From positions 579,704 through 643,703 of the forward strand of contig RQSC01000032.1 in NCBI GenBank assembly GCA_013416795.1: a stretch of 64,000 nucleotides of DNA, written 5' to 3'. Position numbers and translations under genes: made by a program. This document shows, piece by piece, positions 1-10,175 of this stretch; within the stretch, counting starts at the first letter, position 1; every line of letters begins with the position of its first letter. This DNA is from Prasinococcaceae sp. CCMP 1430 (Eukaryota; Plantae; Prasinodermophyta). A model generated the notes under the pieces. It was not told where the DNA came from. It saw only the letters and a list, made by a program, of their open reading frames with translations, and searched no databases.

Positions 1-945
1 CGAGTACAACGGCGACGACAGCATCTTCGCGTTCCTGCTCACGACCAAGGTGGGCGGGCTGGGCGTCAACCTCACCGGCGCCGACCGCGTGCTGGTGTTC
101 GACCCCGACTGGAACCCGTCGACCGACGCCCAGGCGCGCGAGCGCGCCTGGCGCATCGGCCAGAGGAAGGAGGTCACCGTGTACCGGCTCATCACCTCGG
201 GCACCATCGAGGAGAAGATCTACCACAGGCAGGTGTACAAGCAGCTGCTCACCGACCGCGTGCTCAAGGACCCCAAGCAGCGGCGGCTGTTCAAGGCCAA
301 GGACATCCGCGACCTCTTCACGCTGGGCGACGAGTACAACGACGCGGGGGCCGAGACGGCCGCCATCTTCGCGGACGGCGCGGCGGACGTCGAGGTGGCG
401 TGTCCGGGGACCGGCGGGGTCGGCGGCGGCGGCGGGAGCGGCGGGAGCGGCGGCGCGGACGGCGCGGACGATGGCGGCGGCGGGAGCGGTGGAGGGCGCG
501 GCGGAGGGCGCGGCGGTGCCGACGGCGACGAGGGCGGCACGCACGGCGCCCTGCTGCGGCGCGAGGTGCACCGCGACGAGGGCGGCGACGGGTCCGACGA
601 GGATGGCGCCGGCGCGTCGGGGAACGGCGGGGCCGGCGACGAGGGGCTGCTGGCGGGCCTGCTGAGCAACGGCGACGCCGAAAAGGTGTGTGTTTCGGCG
701 TTTGGTTGGTTGGTTGGTTGGTGGGTGCTTTTTTTGGTGTGTTTTGTGTGTGTGTGTGTCATTGTGTTGTTGTGTGCACGCCCGCGCGCTGACATGCGCT
801 GCCGGCGCGCGCGCCACCAGGCGAAGTCTGGCGTCGGGCGTGTGCTCAACCACGACGCGATGGTCGCCGCTGGTCACGACGCCGACGGCGACGCGAGCGT
901 GCGAGCGCGCGCTGCGGCCGCGCGCGCCGAGGCGGACGCGGCGGC
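1..945 (+). CDS. ERCC6: CSB/RAD26-type SNF2 helicase, C-terminal helicase region (partial; begins before the window and is cut at the single N at 946)
   Basis: [71 protein letters not shown] is the CSB-subfamily HELICc signature. Intron 686-820 (AAG|GTGTGT...CCAG), then NHDAMV-like motif. Confidence 0.9.
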
Positions 946-946
946 N

Positions 947-1480
947 CTGCCGCACACCCACAGGGGGGCGCTCAGCCCCTCCTCTCGAGCGCTCGCCCGA
1001 GGACGCCCTCGATGACGCGCCTGTTCTCGTCGCTGCCGCACACCCACAGGGGGGCGCTCAGCCCCTCCTCTCGAGCGCTCGCCCGAGGACGCCCTCGATG
1101 ACGCGCCTGTTCTCGTCGCTGCCGCACACCCACAGGGGGGCGCTCAGCCCCTCCTCTCGAGCGCTCGCCCGAGGACGCCCTCGATGACGCGCCTGTTCTC
1201 GTCGCTGCCGCACACCCACAGGGGGGCGCTCAGCCCCTCCTCTCGAGCGCTCGCCCGAGGACGCCCTCGATGACGCGCCTGTTCTCGTCGCTGCCGCACA
1301 CCCACAGGGGGGCGCTCAGCCCCTCCTCTCGAGCGCTCGCCCGAGGACGCCCTCGATGACGCGCCTGTTCTCGTCGCTGCCGCACACCCACAGGGGGGCG
1401 CTCAGCCCCTCCTCTCGAGCGCTCGCCCGAGGACGCCCTCGATGACGCGCCTGTTCTCGTCGCTGCCGCACACCCACAGG
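947..1480. repeat. Perfect 86-bp tandem repeat, 6 copies plus an 18-bp partial
   Basis: Unit starts at 947, 1033, 1119, 1205, 1291, 1377 and 1463 (ctgccgcacacccacagggggg...). On the minus strand each unit is the last ~26 codons plus TGA of the GH3 gene. Confidence 0.97.
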
Positions 1481-2091
1481 CGCGAGGGCCCGGCGCCCTC
1501 CCCCTCCTCCGCGGGCGGCGCCGGCTCGACGTAGGCGGCGTGCAGCGCGTCCACGCGCGCGACCGCGGCCAGCAGCGTCGCCTCGTCCACCTCGCCGGCC
1601 TCGACCGCCTCCGCGATCGCCTCGATGGCCTCGAGCTGCTTTGACTCGGTGTGGCACACGAGGAACATGTCGACGCCCGCCTTGAGGCCCTCGACCACCG
1701 CGCGCCTCAGCGTGTAGTGCTTGGTGATGGCGCCCATCTCGAGGTCGTCCGTGAGCACCGCGCCCCGGAAGCCCATGCGCTCGCGCAGGTACGAGATGGC
1801 GGGGGCCGACATCGACGCGGGGAGCGGCTTTGTGGAGGGCTTGGGCTCGCCGCGGGCCTCCCCCTCGAACGCGGGCGCGAGCACGTGCGCCGCCAGCACC
1901 GCCGCCACGCCGCCCTCGACGGCCCGCTCGAAGGGCGGCAGCTCCACCTCCTGCAGCCTGCGCATGCCGTGGTCGAGGGTGGGCAGCTCGACGTGCGAGT
2001 CCACGGCGGTGTCGCCGTGCCCCGGGTAGTGCTTGGCGCACGCCGCCACGCCGCGCGCCTGCATGGCGCGCGCGAACGCGGCGCCGGCCGT
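1402..2091 (-). CDS. nagZ: GH3 beta-N-acetylglucosaminidase (NagZ-type), C-terminal half only; 5' part absent
   Basis: [14 protein letters not shown] catalytic loop and TDDLEM nucleophile motif. Coding extends upstream of the ORF Met ([14 protein letters not shown]) to ~2091, then stops matching. Confidence 0.85.
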   Translation of the reverse strand, partial: TAGAAFARAMQARGVAACAKHYPGHGDTAVDSHVELPTLDHGMRRLQEVELPPFERAVEGGVAAVLAAHVLAPAFEGEARGEPKPSTKPLPASMSAPAISYLRERMGFRGAVLTDDLEMGAITKHYTLRRAVVEGLKAGVDMFLVCHTESKQLEAIEAIAEAVEAGEVDEATLLAAVARVDALHAAYVEPAPPAEEGEGAGPSRLWVCGSDENRRVIEGVLGRALERRG

Positions 2092-2876
2092 GCGGCGGCG
2101 GACGCGGTGGTCGTGGCGGCGGACGCGGTGGGCGCGGCGGCGGACGCGGCGGCGGTGGCGCCAAGGTCATCGTCGAGGGGCACCGCCATGACGGCGTCTT
2201 CGTCGCGCGCGGCAAGGAGGACTCGCTTGTGACGAAGAACCTCGTGCCCGGCGAGTCCGTGTACGGCGAAAAGCGCATCTCGACCGAGGCGGAGGGCGCC
2301 AAGACCGAGTACCGCGTGTGGAACCCCTTCCGCTCAAAGCTTGCGGCGGCCATCCTCGGCGGTGTGGACAACATCTGGATGAAGCCGGGCTCCAAGGTGC
2401 TGTACCTTGGCGCGGCGTCGGGCACCTCGGTGTCGCACGTCAGTGACCTCGTGGGGCCCGACGGCGTCGTGTACGCCGTCGAGTTCTCGCACAGGCCGGG
2501 GCGCGACCTCGTCAACATGGCCAAGAAGCGGCCCAACGTGGTGCCCATCATCGAGGATGCGCGCCATCCCATGAAGTACCGCATGCTCATCGGCATGGTC
2601 GACTGCATCTTCGCCGATGTCGCGCAGCCCGACCAGGCGCGCATCGTTGCGCACAACGCCTCCTTCTTCCTCAAGACCGGCGGCCACTGCGTCATCTCCG
2701 TCAAGGCGAACTGCATCGATTCGACCGTCGCCGCGGAGGTCGTCTTCGCCTCCGAGATCAAGAAGCTCCAGGAGGAGAACTTTAGGCCGCTGGAGCAGCT
2801 CACGCTCGAGCCGTACGAGAGGGACCACGCCGTCGTCGTGGCCGCGTACAGGGTGGCAAAGAAGAAGAGCTCGTAG
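2092..2876 (+). CDS. FBL: Fibrillarin (rRNA 2'-O-methyltransferase), start codon missing
   Basis: GAR repeats followed by [51 protein letters not shown] and [11 protein letters not shown]. Confidence 0.96.
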
Positions 2877-3241
2877 GCGCACCCACCAACAACACACACA
2901 CATACATGTAACTTCTTACCCCCCGACCCCCCCCCCCCCCCCCCCCCGCGCGCGCGCGCACGCGTGCACGAAAGCGCGCGGGCAGACTCGTGGGCTGCGC
3001 CTCGCTGGGACGTCCGAGGGAGCAGCGCGCCAATGCGCGGCGGCGGCGCGGCCGCAGCCCTCGAGCCCGCCGCAGCGAAACGCCGCAGCGGGCTTTTCGG
3101 CGGATGGAGGCGCCGTTTCAGAAGTAAGGAGGCAAGCGAACGAATGCAATCGAGATCCGGCTTTTTTTACGCCTCGGCAACAACAGCGGTGCGGCGCTGC
3201 AGGCCGCCACACCGCGCGCGGAGGGACGCCCGCCCGCCACC

Positions 3242-3915
3242 ATGTCGTACGTTGCGCGCAGCGCCGATCTCGCTGCCCCCCTCCCTCTCTCTCTTCTTCA
3301 CCCGCGCGCGCGAGCGAGCGAGCGCACTCCCGTCCCGCCCTCCGCCCAGTGCCGCTGGGCAGCGCGGGCGGCGTTCGATTTAGGGTTGGGGCGCTTGGCG
3401 CCGCAGGCGTGGGCGCGCTCCATGCGCGGCCACAGCCGGCGCAGGCAAGGGTAGCGAATGGCGGTTGGCAGCTGCGCCGCTGGCATGCTGAGCGCGCGAT
3501 GCCGCCGTCGCGCAGCGGCGACGTGCGCCGCACCATTGCGGCCGCGCGTTGTACTGTGGTGCTCTGCACGCGGCCAAGCGGGATTTTCCGCGCGCACCTG
3601 CCCCGGCTGAGTGTGGCCGCTGACGCGCAAGTCGCCGCTCCACCGGGCCCGCGCGGCCGCTCCCTGCCCCCTCTCGCCCGCTCATGGCGACTCCGCAGCG
3701 ACATCGAGGAGGAGGAGGATCCCGTGTGCCCGAAGCCGGAGGTCGAGGAGGCGTGCAAGCCCAAGTGCATCAACGCGCTCATGGAGTACGAGGCGTGCGT
3801 GAAGCGCATCGAGTCGGACACCACCGGCGAGGCGCACTGCACCGGCCAGTACTTCGACTACTTCAGCTGCATCGACGCGTGCGCGGCCAAGCCGCTCTTC
3901 GACAAGCTCAAGTAG
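3242..3915 (+). CDS. QCR6: Cytochrome b-c1 complex hinge subunit 6; exons 3242-3246 and 3699-3915
   Basis: gccaccATGTC|GTACGT...CCGCAG|C GAC splices to MSDIEEEEDPVCPKPEVEEACKPKC...HCTGQYFDYFSCIDACAAKPLFDKLK (twin-Cys hinge family). Confidence 0.93.
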
Positions 3916-3988
3916 TGGGGCAGCGGCTCGGGCGCTCGCGGGCCGCCGCGCGCGCCGGCGCGCGCNTCAGCGCTCCGCGCCGCGGTAG

Positions 3989-5406
3989 GCGGCGGCCGCC
4001 GCGCGGTGCGCGGCGCTGCCGCGAGGGAGTGGCGCGGCGGCACGCGCGGTGATGGCGCCGTTCGGGCCGCTCGCTTTCCTCCCGGCCACGCTGGTGCACA
4101 CCAACGAGCTGCTCGTGCACCTCGGTGACGGGCTGTATGTGGAGCGCACGGGCGCGCAGGCCGCTGCGGTGCTGACGCGCAGGGAGAAAGCGCTCCGCGA
4201 GGCCGTCCGCGCGGCAGAGGCGGGGGCGCGAGACCTGGGTGCGCAGTTCGATGCTGCCGAGGCGGCCGCTGCGGGTGCCACTCGCGAGATTATCGAGGAG
4301 TGGGATGAGGCGACGCACGGCGACGCTGCGCGTGAGGCGCGCATGGCGCAGAATGCACAGAGGGTCATCTGCGAAAAAGCTGAAGCATGGGCACAGCAGC
4401 GCAAAGCCAAAGCCAGGGAGGACGACTCTCTCTTCGCCAGGATGGCCGAGCTTGAGCGACTCGAGGCGGAGACTGACATGGACGAGGCCGCAGATTCTCA
4501 CGCAGAAGTGCGCGCTGTGGACAGCGATGACGAAAGTGATGAGGGTGAGGTCGACGAGCGCATCCTGGCACAGCGCCTGGCGGCGCTGGATGCGCTTGGG
4601 GTGGAGCAAGTTGCGACAGAGGGGAAGGAGGCACGCGGCGCGGCCGCGGATGGCGGAATGGGGGGTGCCGCTGGCAACACCGTCGGCGGTGGCGGGCGCC
4701 TGGACGTAGCCGATGCCGCGCCATTCCCAATCACAAGCGCCGCGGATGTCGAAGCGTTTGCCGAGTACAAGCAGCTGCTTGAGGGCGACACGGCGCAGCC
4801 CATCAAGCCTCCACGAGTGCAACCAGAGCCGGCCCAGCGCGCGCCTGCGACGGATCCCTCCGGCGGCGTAGCACCGCCCAAACCCAGCAGCCCCTTCGAC
4901 TACAGCAAATGGGACCACCTCGAGGGCATGACCAGCGACAGTGATAGTGGCGATAGTGATGATGAGTCCGACACTGGCAGTGACAACGAGGGGCTGCTGG
5001 CAGCACCGGCAGCGCAGCCGCCGACGCCGCCGGCCGAGCGTCGGCCAATGTCGATGTTCAAGCAGCAGCAGCGGAGGCGGCAGGAGCGGCACGACGAACA
5101 GGTACGTATTCCGCCGCGATGTGCTGCACGCACCCGGCCACCCGCGTGCTCGCGGGCGCTCACACTGACTGCGTGTGAATTGCACACATGCACACGCGCT
5201 CTTGGCGCCGCCAGCCCCTCATCCAGGAGATGCCGCTCGTGGAGGAGAGTGGCCCCGCATCGATGGTCGTCAAGGAGCGTATGCCGCGTTCGCGCGCCGG
5301 CGCTGCCCCGACCGTGGCAGACAATGATGGCGCGCGCCGGAAGCCAGTGAGCCGCTTTCGCGCCGAGCGCCAAGACCACTACACACCGTGCGAACAACTC
5401 GACTAG
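3989..5406 (+). CDS. URI1: Unconventional prefoldin RPB5 interactor URI1-like; 5' exon lost near the N at 3966; intron 5102-5226
   Basis: LP...VMAPFGPLAFLPATLVHTNELLVHLGDGLYVERT matches the URI prefoldin domain. Acidic middle region and C-terminal VSRFRAER motif after a CAG|GTACGT...CCAG intron. Confidence 0.8.
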
Positions 5407-5679
5407 ATGCTGGGCACCTGCTCGTCCGCACTCTACGCGGCACGCACACACGATGGGGGCACACCGCACACGCGCGGGCTACACAGGCCGCGTCGAACCG
5501 CCGCCTCAAGTTGTGTGACAATCATTTTGTGTGTAGTTATGCGTGGACAGGTGTGCGTTGCCGCGGCGCTATCTGCTGGCGCACCCTCGCGCCAGGGAAG
5601 CACCCTGCGACCCCTGCGCCAAGGCCCTCGTGGCTCGGGAGCATCCGCACAGTGCCGGCTGTATAGCCTTGGGCCCGCG

Positions 5680-6984
5680 TTAGTTGGCTATCTTCATCTT
5701 GCGCTTCTCGCACATGCCCTTGAGCACCTCCTTGTACGCTGGCGCGTTGATCTTGGCCTTCTTGCAGTACAGCTTGACCATCTCGCGCCACCTGGCCTTG
5801 CACTGCGTGCCCGTGCGCCGCTTCATGAGGGTGTCCCAGGTGACCTGGCCCTCGTCGCCGGGCGACGTGCGCCACATCGCGCGCAGCAGCTCGTTTTCCT
5901 CCTTGAGCGACCACTCGGAGTCGTTGGCAGCGAGCTTGGGCGCGATGTCGTTGTACCACTTCTCCAGGCACTGCGTGAAGGTGCGAGTGCCCATGCGGTC
6001 CGATATGGCCGTCCAGTCGATCTTGTCGCGCTGGCGCTGGTTGGACGCGTTGAGCAGCACGGTGGTGCTGTTGGGCTCGAGGGTCTTGCCCTGGCGCGCG
6101 AGGCTCTCCTTCACCAGCTGCTCGAGCTTGGTCTTTTCATCCTCCGACCAGCGGCCCTTCTTGCGGTTCTCACCGAGCTTGATCTCGCGCCACTTGTTCG
6201 CAACGGCCTTCTCGTTGCGCTCGAGCTGCGCGCCGATCACGACCCAGCTCGGGCGGCCCGACGACTTCTCGACGAACTTGCGGAGCCTCTCCTCCTCCTC
6301 CTTCGTCCACTTGCCCTGTGGGCGCGTGTATCCCGGGTGTGCGTGGTCGAGCGTCACCACAGCGGACGCGCGAGCAAGAGCGCCGAGCGCATGTGTCAGC
6401 GCGTGTCGGTGGCGCTGGCGCGCGCGCAGCGACCGTCGAGCGGCGCGACACACGAGTGCAGACGCTCGCGCTCGCCGACGCATTCGCGCGCCGCACCTTG
6501 TAGTTGAACTGATCGAACTTGCGCTGGGCGCGCTGCAGGCACGCCTTGGCGCAGCGCCCCGGCACGCCCTCCGCGAGTTGTCCCCACGCGCCCACAGTCT
6601 TGCTGCCCTTCTTGAGAAGCGAGCGGATGCCCTCGTCGTTCGACGGCATCCCCTTGTCCTTCAGAAAGTCCACGATGGCCGCCTTGAGCGCATCGTCCTC
6701 CTCCTTGGAGAAGCGCTTGCCCTTGAGCGCCGGATCAGACTGGCCTCCCCACTGGCGCTTCTTGGCCCCGTCAACGCCGGTGGATGCGCTTCGCTTGCTC
6801 GCCCCCGAGCCCGCTGCGTCATCCGCGCGTTTGCGCTTCTTGGGCGGCGCGCTGTCCTTCTTCGCCTGGGCCTCCTTGGCCTTCTTGACGGCCTCGGCCG
6901 CCTTGGCCTTGGCGTCCTTGTCAGCCTTCTTCTTCTTCGCGTCCTTGTCGGCCTTCTTCTTCTCCTTTTCTTTCGCCTTGGCAA
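5680..6984 (-). CDS. TTF1/REB1/DMTF1-like multi-Myb DNA-binding protein; intron 6316-6496; start unresolved
   Basis: GKRFSKEEDDALK, GKWTKEEEERL, KGRWSEDEKTKL, IDWTAISDRMGTRTFTQCLEKWY and RTGTQCKARW Myb/SANT repeats after a Lys-rich region. Confidence 0.8.
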
Positions 6985-7189
6985 CTACGAGTGCGCGCGT
7001 GCGCGTCAGCCGCGGCATGGGCGCGGCGCACACGTGCGCAGCACGCACGCAGTTTGCGCCAAGCGCCGGCGCTGGCGGCGTGCGGGCCAGGCCGGCGCCC
7101 AGCACTGGAGCGCATCGGCGCATCCTCGCGCGAGGCCAGGGATCGACGCGAGCCCTTCCTTCCCTCCGCATCCCCCCGGCCCACACCGC

Positions 7190-8161
7190 GAGCGGCTCCA
7201 CAGCGTCGCCCCCAGCGAACGCCCGGATGAGGTCCTCCGTGGACGCCTTCTGGTGCTGCTTGCCGTTGCCGCCGATGAAGACGCGCTTGATCTGTACGTA
7301 TTCGCGCGATATCGTGCGCATGGAGTTAATGAGCACGTCGAAGCACGTCTGGTCGGCGGTGCCGATGTCGAACCAGCAGCGCCCCCAGTGCTTGTCAAAC
7401 TGGTCGGTGAGGTGGGGGCGAGGATGCGCGCAGTCAGCGCACGCGAGCGAGGGCACGAGCAACGGCGAGCGCGTGCGCGCTCGTGCTCGGGCGCGACCAC
7501 GGCGCGGCCTGCTGCGCGGCGCGGCACACCTGCGGGTCCTTGAGGTCATGGAAGTGCGCGTCCAAGGATGCAGCCGCATGGTCACGGTCGTACGCCAGCG
7601 TCGCGAGCGAGTCGGAGACGGCCTCCGTCTGGGCGTTGGTGGCGTTGAAGCCGCCGAGGTTGCCCAGGATGTACCACGCCTTGAACATCTGGTCGAAGCA
7701 GTTGCGGTGCTCGTCATTGAGCGGCTCAGCGCACTCGAACTCGATCCACAAGTCGAAGGGATCAAAGGGCTCGAGAAACTTGACGTCCATCTCCACGTCT
7801 GCGCCTCCACGCGGGCGCAGGTGCTCGCCCTGGCTCTCCTCGAAGCGCGCCTTGATCTTCGCCTCGAGCTCGGCGTTGCTCTCCGTGCCGTCGAGGATCG
7901 CCTGCAGCTCGGGGTCGGGGCTGTCGCCGCTCAGCTGCTCGCGGAAGATGTCGTGCCACGACGAGTACTCCTCGCGCGCGCCGGCGCCTTCACCCCCTGC
8001 CGGCCGCACGCTGTCCCACGCGGCGGCGCCCCCGCCGCCGCCGCCACCCGCCGCACGCGCCACCAGGGTCAGCTTGCTCAGCGCTGACGGCGGGCACTCC
8101 CCCGACCTCTGGAATGTGGTCAGCTGCCCGTACAGTCCCGACAGCACTGGGCCCAGGTGCG
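7190..8161 (-). CDS. DUF3531 family plastid/cyanobacterial protein; intron 7400-7529; start lost at N 8162, stop unresolved
   Basis: FDPFDLWIEF...FKAWYILGNLGGFNATNAQ...WGRCWFDIGTADQTCFDVLINSM...VFIGGN matches DUF3531. Transit-peptide-like N-terminal region. Confidence 0.85.
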
Positions 8162-8691
8162 NAAAAAAAAAAAAAACGCCGCCGTCCCCCCACGGGAGAG
8201 CCCACGTGGGGGACTTTGCCCGCGCCTCCAAACCATCGAAAGTACCTTAACCCAAAACCCGATACCAACCCTAACCTGCCTGGCCATTGCGGGGGAGATG
8301 ACGGCCGGCCCAGGCGGCGGCGATCGCCGTCGCCGCCCCAGGGCAGCCACCGCCCCTCGAGCCGCGGCGGCGCGCGGCCGCCATCGCCTTCGATGCTCTC
8401 ACAGGTGTGTCAGGCGCTCTGTCACTCCCGGCCGCCCTCGCGCGCCGGCGCCAGCGAGTGGTCGACGCCGCGCGGCCCATGGCCAAACGCATCGCGCCAC
8501 AGCGGCAGCCGGCCATTGAGACGCGGGTCCGCAGCCAGTGTGGTGACGCGCGCGGTGGTGGTGGTGATGCGTGCGTGCATCATAACAACATTCCATGTTT
8601 GCAATGCGAATGGCGCGGGGCGCCCAGACCTCGATGCAGGCGCGCCTGTGCGCGCACGCGCGGGCGCCGCGCACAGTACGCGCCACTCCAG

Positions 8692-9819
8692 TCAGAGCTC
8701 CTTTCGGAGGATGACGGTCCGCGCGCGCCCCTCGATGCCGTCCAGGCACATGCCGCGATTCCGCGCGCTTTGGACGCTCTCCTCGTCCTCGAGCACGAAG
8801 CCGCTCGCCTCGTACGCGCGCTGTGCGGCCTATGCACGCGAGAGCAGGGCGGAAGGGTGGGTGTTCGGGGGGAAGGGGAAGGGGGAGGAGCGGACGAAGA
8901 GCATCGCACGTCAGAGTCAGGCGCGTGGACGTTCGCCAACTTGCGTGCGGGCGTGCGCGCGCGCTCTCATACCTCATTGACGTACAACGCATGCACATAA
9001 AGCGCCTCTGCACCCATGCCCCTAGCTGCGTCCGTGGCGGCCTCGAGCAGTTGCTGTCCCACGCCGCGCCTGCGTGCCGCCGCGGCAGTGCACACGTTGG
9101 AGAGGTATGCGCGCCGCCCTTGAGCTCCGGACGTACCAACTAGCGGCTGACCTCCGAGAACGTCAGTGAGCTCAACATCGATGGAACCCACAATAATCTC
9201 GCCCGCGGTGTCACTGTCGGTAGCAGAGAGCTCCTCTAGCAGCGCCTCCTCCGCCTCGTGACCCGAGACCGACTGCGGTGCGCGCGCGCGTTGGTGTTAG
9301 AAACGCCGACACCAGAGAAGAAGGGCGGGGCACAACAGACGCGCACGAGAAGGGAGGCTCGCACGCAGCGCGCACACTCACCTCGCAGGGCACAGCGGCC
9401 ACGAGCACGGCGTACGCGTTTTGTGGCACGCGCTCAGCTGTTTCCTCCCTAAGTCGCTTCAACTCGCTCTCAGCCTTCTGCTCCTGCTGGCGCTGGCCCG
9501 CGAATGCGCGCTCGGGCGGGTACACATAAAACGCACGGGCGCGCATCCACGCGGCGGCGGCGAGCTCGGAGTCGCCGTTCGCGGGGCGAACTTGCACGCC
9601 CTCAAGCGGCTTGGCTTTCGGGCGCGCCGCCTCGGCCGCGTAGCGCGCCTGGTGGAAGCCCTTGTTGTTCTCGCGCGCGTAGCGCTCCCTTGCGGCCGCC
9701 TCGGTGTCAGCGGCGGCACGCGCCGGCACACGAGAGCACGTGCGCGAGCGGCCGCGAGGGGCCGGGCCAGGCGCGCGGGCGCCCGCCGTCGCAACCCGTA
9801 GCGCGGCTGCCGCCGCCAT
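8692..9819 (-). CDS. GNAT-family N-acetyltransferase, probably plastid-targeted; three exons
   Basis: [22 protein letters not shown] (acetyl-CoA motif A), LYVHALYVNE|AAQRAYEASGF. Donors GTGAGT (~9380) and GTATGA (~8970). Ala/Arg-rich N-terminus. Confidence 0.85.
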
Positions 9820-10175
9820 TCGCGGCGTGTGCGGGCGTGTGGCCCCGTCTCGCCGCCGCGCCGCGCACCTGCGCCGCCGCCGCTGTGTGCACCTCGCCAG
9901 CGGGGCCACAAAAACCTACACATAAACCCTATTTACTCTTATCCAAACCTCAAATATGTGCATGCGCGCTACCCCAAACATCCACTTTCGGAAGCAGTGC
10001 TGCAGTCAACGGATCGCGGTGCGTTCCCCGGCGCGCGAGCGCGCGCCCGACCGCAACAGCGCGCATTGGGCGGGGTGCGACCGAGCGGGCGGGGACGGGG
10101 ATAACCGTGGAAAAGGGGCGCCGTGGCGCCACACCCACAGCCGCAGCAGGGCGCGCGCGCGCTCGGCGCGGCGCG

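Noticed and set aside
947-1480. CRISPR-like array
   Set aside because: Units are contiguous and identical with no unique spacers, no cas genes are present, and the context is eukaryotic.
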